Assembly (NCBI GenBank): GCA_051294375.1
Contig: CM119270.1
Span: 9,549,530 to 9,613,529, forward strand
Direction of reading: 5' to 3'
Length of the DNA stretch: 64,000 bases
DNA from: Paraspadella gotoi
Lineage: Eukaryota; Animalia; Chaetognatha
Part shown: one piece after another, positions 1 to 11,221 of the stretch
How positions within the stretch are numbered: the stretch's first letter is position 1
Layout: every line of letters starts with the position of its first letter
Made by a program: the position numbers and the translations under genes
Notes under the pieces: generated by a model
Told to the model about the DNA's origin: nothing
What the model saw: the letters and a program-made list of their open reading frames with translations, nothing else
Databases searched by the model: none

Positions 1-209
1 GACTCTAAGTCATCCAGCCAGAGAGAGCGAGAGAGATTCGTTGCTCCGTCATACGGCAAGGGGGCATCAATGATTGAAAGGCCGGCAAATCTCAAATAAA
101 ACCATAACTCATAACCCACTAAGTGTCAATTTGTTCAATCCGCACAGAACCTCATGAGTTTTCCAACAAAAAAGTTATAATTACGAAAAGCCTCTCGTAA
201 GAAGACGAG

Positions 210-507
210 AAAAAAAATCTTAAAAGCATAAAGATCGAGCCGCTTTCGATAGTAACCAAATATTGATGCGATGATAACCAAATATTGATGCGATGATAAC
301 CAAATATTGACGCGATGATAACCAATAATTGATGCGATGATAACAAAATGACTGATGTGATGATAATCAAATGATTGATGCGATGATAGTCATTCATTGA
401 TATGATGATAATCATTCATTGATACGATGATAGTCATTCATTGATGCGATGATAGTGATTCATTGACGCGCTGAATCATTCATCGTAAAATAAAACAAAA
501 GGCGTGA

Positions 508-541
<34 letters not shown>

Positions 542-560
542 AGTGAGAAAAGAGAGAGAG
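210..560. repeat. Dispersed-repeat fragment with 21-22 bp tandem array (gatgcgatgataaccaaatatt)
   Basis: The same unit and its flank (ttcatcgtaaa…aaacaaa…gtg…gagagag) recur at about 42540-42790; aaatcttaaaagcataa.gatcg also occurs at 41291, 41418 and 52455. Confidence 0.75.
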
Positions 561-898
561 TGAGAGAGTTTTCCCACCAACGAGACGCATTATTAGGTCA
601 CTCTCGTTATATTCGGTTATCCGTTGCCTCGCAACGGCGTCGTGAAATTGGGTCTATGTTGATTTTTTTTTTATACACGTAACGCGTTATTAGGTCATGT
701 TCCTCGACATTGTTTACTTGTTGCTCCGCAACGACCACGAAATCTAGGTTAAGTAAGTTATTGTATTTTGGATTTTTGTATTAGATAAATAATAAATGGC
801 GATAATAAAAGTTTTTAGAAGGAAAAAATCCACGAAAATCTCGGAATAAATGGCGATAATAAAAGTTTTTAGAAGGAAAAAAAAAGAGAGAGAAAGGG

Positions 899-937
<39 letters not shown>

Positions 938-1376
938 AGATAGAGAGAAAAAGATTGTTCTTTTTTTAGGAAGAAACCAGACCGAGGTCAATTTTAATAT
1001 TTGCATATTTAATTAATTTATAAATAGTTATCACAACTCAAATAATTATTATTTAAAAAAAGTTAAAAATGATTAAATATATACATAAAAATTTATAAAT
1101 TTAATAATAGTACAAATTATCAGAATAAACAAAAAAGTAATGTTTAATTTGACTATATCTCTCTTATTCAACTCCTATTTTAGATATAATTTGCCAATAG
1201 TGGGCCAACCGGCCAAAAGTTGCAATAATAAATAAAAACAAATTTTTTTTATAATGTGATGCATGCAATTATATTATTCGGCGAAAGTGCTGCATATATA
1301 ATAGGTCACATTAGCTGATTTATATGTGATAATGCATATCATTATAAGTTATTCTTCATTTTTTTAAAAAATAATA

Positions 1377-1409
<33 letters not shown>

Positions 1410-3735
1410 AGAAAAAGAACCAATTATATTTTCCAATTTATCTCGGATATAAATTTGGGTTTTGTATTGAAAAAAAAAGCGCGGAATAAATGGCGATATA
1501 AAAGTTTTGAGAAGGAAAAAAATAATCAGAATTTTTTCAAAAAATGAACGATCGTACAGAGTGAGAGAGACAGAAAGAGAAAAAGAGAGACAAAGTGACA
1601 GAAAGAAAGAGAAAGCTAGAAGCCAGCTGAACAGTCACTGCAGAACCTGAACTCGTTTTTTAAGGGTTCAGAAAAAGCAGCAACTGACAAATATATTTTT
1701 TTTTTATTTTTTTTTTATTAATACCAAAAACAGTATTGACAAAATCAAAAACAGTATCAGTGTAAAAAACTAGAAAGCAGTAAACAAGTAAAACTAAACT
1801 ATTAAAATTCAACAGAAAAAAAAAAGACAAATATAGACAACTGACAAATATAGGAAAGAAAAATCTATTATTTATAATTTAAAAAGAAATAAAAAGAAAG
1901 GCAAAAATATGTTACAATTGTTTACAATTGGAAATTTTTCCAATATTTTTCCAATCGCAGCTTGTAAAAGATTTAATTTATATTTGTATTAAAATTAAGA
2001 TATAGCTTCTCATTAAAAAAATCCTTGAGTTCCCATTTTTATTAAAAATTTAAAACAATTTTTTGAATTTCATCTTCAATATTATATACTGCAATATGTA
2101 AATTAGATTAAAGCATTTCTATATACTAATTTGGATATCATAAGGAGTACTTTAATCTCATTTGCATATTGCAGTAAATCATAATGAAGTGGAAATTCAA
2201 AAAAAAATACTTAAATCCAAATGTAATATGAAAAATATCACAGCTATTTCAAGATGAAAAGCCATATCTAAATTTTTAACTTACTATGATCGCACACTTT
2301 TGTAAAACTTTATCATAATTCATAATAATTTTTATTTTAAAAAAAAACGGTTAAGTCACAGCCAAACCTATAAAAGCGTAGTAGTTTTTATATATGAAAA
2401 CAGCCGTGACGGACGACGACGACGACGACGACGACTACGTCACAAAGAAGCAAACCCTAAAACATTATTTAGAAGCCTGCACCCGGCTTCGCCGGTCAAG
2501 GCTCGATAAAAAGGTGCTTCTAAAATCCTCGGTTGTTTTGCGAGAGCGCAATCTGAAATTCCGGGATTTAAAATTCATATCCCCTTTTCGCAGTTTTAAA
2601 ACCGGGAGTGAATCGACGGCACAGCTGTCGTTATGGTGGTTGTCGTTGGCGTCACTGTCATCCAATTCAGACGGAGCTATCGAGCCCGAATTAATTCGAC
2701 TGATCATTTCAACTTTTTTTTTCTATTTTATTTTGTCAAACGTCCAATCTGAATTGACTTCTGCGCCAGTAATTATTACGAGAGCGGCCGAGTCGTTCGC
2801 CGTATTTATTGCGCCATCGACCATTAACACATTTTCTTCCGGCTTTTTATCATTCAGTTGTTTCGATAAATCATCAAGCAATCATCAAGCAATTTCACCA
2901 AGCGTTGTTTCTAAGACCTTCTCGTAGCATTTCTAGCTACCTGCTGTTCACATGCCTTCTATGCTTTCCATGCGTTCCTTATTATCTAAATATATTTGAG
3001 GCAGTATTTAAGTATTCAAGTATTCAAGTATGTATATCTACAAAAACAATGCTGTCGAAGACAACGGCTCCTGTGTAGGCAAATTGAGTTAGCAAATATT
3101 TAATAGCTAAACATAAAAAGAAACGTGGAACGGGCATTCAACTTTTACGAAATCATCTGAGGTTCTCGGTTCTTGGTCCCAGGGATCGACCATCGCCGTA
3201 AACATAGCGACAACAACAATTTTTTTTCCCCGAAACCAAAATCGGCGAAAACTCACTTCTGGGGCCATTTTTATTTTTCGCTCCGGAATTTTTTTTTTAC
3301 CCCCAATAAAATTCTGATAGAATGTTTTTTTCTTTTTTTTTCTCTTCTTCCTTTTTTGTTGTTTTTTTTCTTTCTCCCTTCTTTCTTTCTTATTACAAAT
3401 TCTTTCAATTTTCTTATTTTTTTTTTCTTTTCCTAAATTCTGTTTTCTTCTTTCATCATTCAAATTATCTTTTTACCATTTTTTCCTCACTTTCCCTTCT
3501 TTTTTTTTTTGTTTTCCTCTTCTCATAACGCCGACCGGTTTTCCTCCCCGTCCGCCCGGCATCGAAGGGCCCCAGCTCCGGCCCGTTTCGGCCCGCCCCG
3601 GCTTTACCGCCCCCCTCTCTCTCCCATTATTTTTGAGCGGCCATTTTAGGGGAAACATGTTTTCATTTCCATGAATGAGAAAAAGTGTTTGGGTACAAAG
3701 AGGTTTTTTTTTCGGCCCGACATTCTATGAAGAAT

Positions 3736-3830
3736 GGGGATGGGGATTTGGTTGGGGATGGGGATTTGGTTGGGGATGTGGATTTGGTTGGGGATGGGGA
3801 TTTGGTTGGGGATGGGGATTGGGTGGGAGA
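3736..3830 (+). repeat. G-rich 18-bp tandem repeat (ggggatggggatttggtt)
   Basis: About five degenerate copies; source of the spurious GDGDLV ORF. Confidence 0.85.
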
Positions 3831-4819
3831 TGAGGATAAGGATGGAGAAGTTGAGATGAAAATTTAGGTAGAGTTTACAATGGGTCGAAGTACTTTACAG
3901 ATGGCGTTGGAGCAAAGATGGTTGGAAGCAAGAAACATGGCAATTGAAAAAAATAAAAAGCTGATCGAAAAGTCTCAAGGGTAAGTTAAGGTAAGAAGCC
4001 AAACGGAGGAAAAAGGTGAGTAGACAGTGAGATTGAAAAGAAAATAGGAGTAAAGGCCTCGCTCTAACTCGATTTATTCCCAACCGCAGTGGTGGTTGTC
4101 CCGCAACGGATTGTTGTTACGGTTTCCCGGGGCAACGAAAGAATTTTCGTTGATTTTTGGATAGAGAGTGAGACTGGTGAGCAATTCAAAATGCCAATAT
4201 GCCAATTTGCCAATTTGGTTCATAATCGTTCTCGCTCGTTCATGTATATCAATTATTATTTATTATTTCTGGCACATTGCTTCCATTGCTTTTTAGTTTG
4301 TAAACAAAAGTGATAATTTTACATTTTTTTCACCAAATTTTGTCAAACGTGAAGTTTGTATTCAATCTTCGTCGTCGTCGTCGTCGTCGTCGTTTTGCTT
4401 TTCTTTTCTTATTCAAACTTTTGAAGAGGAATGAATCGCTTTGCTTTTGACAGATGTCTTTTCCTACCACCTTAAGTAACACTAGACTAGACCAGACAGT
4501 TTTTCTACCCATCGAGTTTCGACTCAAGGTGACATCATTAGCAATAATGACAATTGCAATTTGGGAAAGGAGGTTTTTTTTATCGGGAATGTTGGTTTCT
4601 TACAATCGTAATGTTCTCCCAAAAAGTGGGAAGAGAAAAGATCTCTTACAGTGACATAATGACATAGTGACACAGTGACATAACTCTAAAATCTCGAATT
4701 TACTTATTTTTTTCATTTCGTATTCAAGTATTTCAAGGAGCTCTTCTCCAGTCTCCAATCTCACCCGCTCTCCGTCTCTCTGTCACCCGCTTCTCCACTC
4801 TCACCCGCTCAAGAGACTT

Positions 4820-5490
4820 TATTTTAGTCGGTCAGTCGGTCCGCCCCCTCAAACTTGTCGGGCATTAACTTTTATCAGGTCAGAACATCGAATTATGATA
4901 AATTATGCAAAAAAAATGATGTCCGTCCGTCCGTCCATCTGTCCGTCCGTCTGTCTATCTGTCCGTACGTCCGTCCCACATTAGCAAAAAACACCAATTA
5001 CTTGTGATTGGATGGATGGATTGGAATGAAATTCTGTGTGCGGGTATGAAAGTGTGTGATTGAGCTGGATATGCAGTTTCGATGGAATCGTCCGAGTGGA
5101 AATAAGTTTAAATGAAAAAAAAATTTCACTATTTGAATACCAATTACTCATGAGTGGATGGGGCGATTGACCTGAAATTTTGTATGTGGGTAGGAAAGTG
5201 TGTGATTAAGCTGGAAATCAAGTTTCAATGGAATCGTTTCAGTGGAAATGAGTTTTAATGGAAAAAAACAAAAAACCTGTTTGACTAATTGATTATGCTT
5301 TTTTTTCCTTTTATATTAAATGTAAATGCAAGAGGTATTAATTAATAAAATAATTAGTTAATTAATCAATTAGTCAATTAGTTAATCAATAATTAATTAA
5401 GCAGTCAATTAATCAATCTAAACAAACATTTTGGATTTTAGCGATAATGATCGTGGGCAGATCCGACATTGTTTGCTCAAACTTGTTTTA
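4820..5490 (+). mobile_element. Non-autonomous Helentron/DINE-1-like element copy
   Basis: GTCY microsatellite at 4920-4975; 3' end gggcagatccgacattgtttgctcaaacttg followed by a T-run; homologous to copies at 35590-36815 and 53101-53990. Confidence 0.7.
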
Positions 5491-6706
5491 AGGCTGCCTT
5501 CCTCTCAGACCACGTGGTCTCAGTTGGAAAGCAGAAACAAATGAAAGAAAACCTAGAAAAAGATCTCGAGTATCTTTCTTTCTCGTCGCTTAACACATTT
5601 CCGGCAAGGCAGCGACGACGCTTCCTGTTGTGGCGCCAACTCTTAGCGCCATCTTGAATCGTGGCGCAACTCGGCCGCGCCAACGATAGCGCTAACGTGT
5701 CGATCCGTGAAACGACGAACGATTTAATCGAATTCTTTCGCCGCGAATTTCTTTCCTTCTGATTCCGATTGAAACGTTCTTTTTTTTTTTTTTTTGAGAT
5801 TATCAAAAAATATTCTTCCTTGTTTTCCCAAAACTCTTCGTTTTAAGTTAGTTAAACTAATTTAAACTGCTTAATTAAATTAGTTTTTATGTTTAAAGAC
5901 TAAGTTTGGGTGAGGGTTAGGGATTAGGTTAGTGATTAGGATATAGAGTTAGGCAGTAGGGTTAGGGATTGGCTTATAGTTTTAAAAACAGATTAGGTTA
6001 AAATTAAGTTGAGGGAATAAGGAATAGCAAGAGAGAGCCGAATATTCTATCATAAACTAAAATATGATGTAAAAAAAAGTTTTATGTCATGACATTTGAT
6101 CTCACGTGACGTGTCACAGAATGACACGTTGACATGGTATAAATATGCGTCGGTTTTAGAGGAGGAATCCCATCTATTTTCGGCAACCATAAAATTTCCG
6201 GGGAAAGAAATTTGAAAACCAAAAAAAAAATAGTAAAAGACGAAAATATTTTTTCCCTTGTGACTACATTTACTTTTTAGTGTCGCGTTTCTATTTTACG
6301 GAGGAAAAGTTGCGGTGATATTTCTTCTCGTTTTCTTGGCACTTGTGAAAATCACCGAGCAATTACAACATGATCACTCACACAGAAATCCTACTCGGTT
6401 GAGGTTATATATTTATTCAAACACCAAACACCAAATACATTCGCTATAAATAAGTCTTACAAAACAAAATATTCTTATATATCTTTGAGAATTGTTTTCA
6501 TGTTGAATCTGTTTTCTGTCTAATGATACCTCTCCCGTCTACAGCAGCAAGAATGACCCACTAACCCACCCACAAACCCACCCACGACTCACCAACCAAT
6601 GAGCACCCATTTCCTCAGATCCCTCATTCCGCCCATCCTTCCTGTTTTATGGGCGTCGGCTCTTCCCAGCGTTGCTCTTTTGTTCTGCAGTTTAGGTTTT
6701 AAAAAT

Positions 6707-6790
<84 letters not shown>

Positions 6791-6884
6791 CCACTCTTTG
6801 TTTAAGCAGTTAACGCCTTCCGTTCGAAGATTAGGAACTTTAAAACGGGGATGGCAGCCGCCCTCTGTCTACTGTCGATGGAAA

Positions 6885-6938
<54 letters not shown>

Positions 6939-6944
6939 CTCTCT

Positions 6945-6977
<33 letters not shown>

Positions 6978-7295
6978 TTCTAAAAAGAATTACAAATCAC
7001 TAATTTAATGTTACATGTAATGCGATCTCGAATTCTCATAAACGGAAAAATAAATTCATAAAATGTCAGTCGTATGTTAGCTTATTTAATAATTAAAATG
7101 CTATATCTTATATTGGTTGTACCCACTACCCAAGTAATAATTTGTTTCATCCCGTTTCCCACTTCCCACCCTCCCCTATCTTTTCTTCTCTTTCTCTTAT
7201 CTAAATTCTTGTTCTTCTTTGTTCTCTTTTATTTTCTCTACTTACTCTCTTATTCTCTTTTTCCTCTTCTTTTTCCCTTTTCTCTTTTTTTCCAG

Positions 7296-10200
7296 ACAAT
7301 TCGTGAAGATAGGAATCGTGGACGAAGAGGTTTACGAGAAGAACATTTACTTCGCCATCGAGTTGGACGAGCCCGTCTGGGCCTTCAGAGGTCAGCCTGG
7401 TCACCTCGTCGGAGGGGTCTCCGTGGCTAGAGGGTCACGTGACCGGAAGGGTCGAAGAATGAGAAGATCGTTAGCCAAACAAAAAAAAAAAAATAACCAA
7501 AAAATTATAGAATTTTCCGGAGAGTGAAATCTTTTTTTTTCTTGTTAACAGATGCAAGGCAAAAAAAGAAGTCGGAGAGATGTATGACAGATTAATTTAT
7601 TTGTACTTTATTCATTATTTCGCATATTCTTTCCGACATGGGCGGTTTTTTTTATTCATTCATGAAGGTCTTCTTTTACGAGTAGAATTAAATTTATTCT
7701 ATTACTATTTCCCAAGCTTATTCCTTGAATCAATCTTATTTTAAATTTTTTCCCCGTTATTTCATTCAATCATTAATTATTTCACTAGCTCATTAATTTT
7801 CTTCATTCATTCTTACATTTATTCTCAAACTCATTCAGTCATTATTTCTTTCATTCCATCATTAATTCCATCATTCATTCATTCATTCACTCATTCATTC
7901 ATTCCTTCCCTCATTTTCTTTCAGATGAGAAGTCCGGGCTTGAGAATCTGGCGGAGGAGGAGAAGAAGGTGGCAGAGTTGGGAGCGCCGCGTCTCGGAGA
8001 AATCCAGAAGCTGATTATTAGGATTCGCGAATCGAAAGAGTTTAAGGTGATTAATTCATAATTGATTGATTGATTGATTGATCGACCGATGTATTTATAG
8101 AATGTCTGATTGAGGGACTGTGTGTCTAAATGATTAATTTTATCCGATTCTAATATTTCTCTTTTTCTTTCTCCTTTTTTTCCCCTTTTACTCTCATGTC
8201 AACCCCCACCTCAAACAGAACACCGTTGACAAACTGTTGAAAAAGACAAATATGGCGTTGATGGTCGGTTCCAGCTCCTGGAAGGAGCAGTTTATCGAGG
8301 CTTTCTCTGTCAGCGCAGGTAGTCGGTTCTTTCCTCAACACATCCCCCCCCCCTCGGCGGTCTCTCCTGAAAGCTCAATTATCTTGTTTTGGTTTCGCGA
8401 GAAAGTTTTTTTTTTCATTCCTTTTTTGTTCAAAGATTCAACGTCGTGGTTGTCATATTCGCTTTATTTTTTTTGGTTTTCCTGGTTTCTATTGGTTATC
8501 TTCTTTTTTTTTTATTCTTTTATTTTGAGCCGTTAATGTTTATTTTTTGGTTATCGGATTGTTCTTTTTTTTTATTGGTTCTCAGATTTGCTTTCGCATC
8601 GCGTTTTCGTCGATTCGAGTTTTACTTTTTTTTTCGGCTTATTCAGTTTTTCTAGCACGTTTCGTATTTTCATTTATTTTTAAGCACATTTTTTGCACGT
8701 ACATTCCGCACGTAAATGTATACATTTTTTTTATTAGTCCTGATCCTAATTCTTCCTTTTCTATGTTTCCCGGGAGCTGCTAGAAAATCGTAGTTTTGGT
8801 CGGTCTCGTATGTTATTTTGTTTTTGTCTTTTCACGCGACTCTGCCCTCTGACGGATGACTTTTATGTTCATTCCTGTTTCTTCTTCTTCCTTACATGAG
8901 AAAATCCACAAGATATTCGCGAATATTTTCTTTTTCTTTTTTTTTTCAAGAAAGACATTTTGTTAAAAAATAAGTATGTATTGTTTAAATACACATTGGA
9001 ACCCAATTGTTTTGTTTTCTTAGATTGTTAGTTTTTTATCAAGTATTTTATTTATTTTTAATACGACGACTATGAGGAATTTTGCTTTTGTCTTTTGTAA
9101 TCACGTTTATCCGCTGCGATGCCCTTCCGTATTTCTGCATTTCAGGCTCGTCGTTTTTATCCTTTGTCTTCTCTCGTTCTCTTTTTGTCTTTCGCGCTTC
9201 ACGCATTTCCACCTTTCCGAGGGTTGGTCGTGTCAAAGGTCAGGAAACGATGGATAGGACAAATCGGAAAGGTCACGGATAAACGGGACAAATCTTTTGT
9301 TCTTTAGACAAGCGTTGGACGTTTCCTGATAAATAGGAACAAAACTTAAAAAGGGTCCAAAATGTCTCAAAGTAGGCTTATATCTAATGTATGTTTCTTC
9401 GTAATAATCAATATTTCGAAGATTGTAATACGGTTTTGATTATTGAAATTATCAATTTGTTTGATGTTGGAAATTGAAGAGTAAATTGGATAGCTTACAT
9501 GAAGGTTTTGTAAATGGAAAAATTATGATTCTTTCTTGTTCGTTGAGTCTTTAAGTATTTTTTGTTCGTCAAATGTTCTTTTAAGTCACTCAGAATTATT
9601 ATCTCTTGTCGGTTTGAGCGCGGCATGGCTTTTAACGTACGGGAGATGGGGGTCTTCCTGAATGCGATGGGGCCGGCATGGTAAAAACATTTTGTCTCTC
9701 TTCGCCTGACTTTTCGGGCATGCTTTTTTTACACGGGAAGTAGCTGAGAAATAAAAAGCATATACAGTATGTTAATTTTTTTAGTATTTTATTATTATCC
9801 GTTTTTCGATTAACCTCGTTGGTTACTGCTCGATTGGCCTGTTGACCAAGTTAAGCATTCTATGTTTTGCTATCTTAGAAATCACATCATATGTAATTAT
9901 GTATATTTTAATATTTTCATACACATACATTGTATATATTTCATAGCCGACGGTCCGACAAAATAAATTAATTAATAAATTAATTAACGACTAACCGATT
10001 TTATTTCTCGCTATTTATTGCACAAAAAAAATATCACATCCGAAAGAAAAAAAAGCATGTTCGAACATAAAAAGGCTCTATTAAAAACATGAATTGCTTA
10101 ATTCCATAAAGGCTTAAGTGATATAGAAGCCGATTCGAAAAATGGCGCTTGCCTTTTATTTTTCGATCGGCGCCATCGGTTTTTGTTGGCGCCGCTTTAT

Positions 10201-10342
10201 TTTAAAGTTTCCAACGCCGGTATTTTTTTCGGCGCCATTTTCGTTTCGGCGCCGTGACCCTTGAAAACAAAGTCGCTTTGACCTCCCGGGCAAAATGGGA
10301 CAAAGGGAAAAAAGAGACTCGCGAGGGGAAGTACGTGATGTA

Positions 10343-10430
<88 letters not shown>

Positions 10431-11188
10431 GAAAAGATTGACGACTGGGAGTTCCCGCCCTCCCGAAGGCGAAGTCGAAAATATAAAAACTATAAAACAT
10501 AAAATATAAAAATAATCATATAATAAAAACCAGCACAAATTGAGTTTTACGATAGTCGTCGAGTGATCTGAGAATATTAAAAGCATTATATGAACTATTA
10601 AATCAGATTAAGTCATGATCGTATACGATAATTATATAAATATTACTATATATATAATTGTAAAACAAATAAAGAATCTTTGTCGTCTCGTTTCAACTTC
10701 TTCCTCATCTCTCCATCTATTATATATAATACTCCTCCCATCTACTCGCGAGTCTCTCCCCCCGTACCTCCCCCCTCACCGCAACCCCCCCCGGCCAGTC
10801 TCTCGGTTTGGCATATGGTGTTCTTCTCTAGAGCCACCTTCTCTAGAGCTCTTGCTTTGATCGCACGAAATATACGATCACGAGCGTCGCGATTCGCATG
10901 TCGATGCTCTCTCTTCACGCGCACGTGACTGCATGCGAACTACCCTTCCCTTGAAAAAAAAAATTACGTACACGTCTCTTCGCTTTGGAAAAAAATTGGC
11001 ACGCGCGCACGAGCAAGAAAAAAATGGAGGCTAAGTATCGCATTGTATTCATTTATCGCCGCATGAATGTCGTTTTTAAGCAGCGATTATTTTCATGTCG
11101 GTTTTTATTTCGTTTTTTGTTATGCAAGAATTATAAATTTTTATTACCGCCCATATGAAATGAGCACAGGAAAAACAGGATATATTTC

Positions 11189-11221
<33 letters not shown>

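Noticed and set aside
2394-2927. 177-aa ORF
   Set aside because: Starts in a GAC microsatellite, no recognisable domain or coherent splice structure; probably intronic to NCX.
4454-4528. AG/GT-bounded segment that might be an alternative NCX CBD2 exon
   Set aside because: Has a stop in the phase required by exon 7296 and no NCX similarity.
5905-5975. TTAGGG-like repeats
   Set aside because: Short and degenerate; not a telomeric array.
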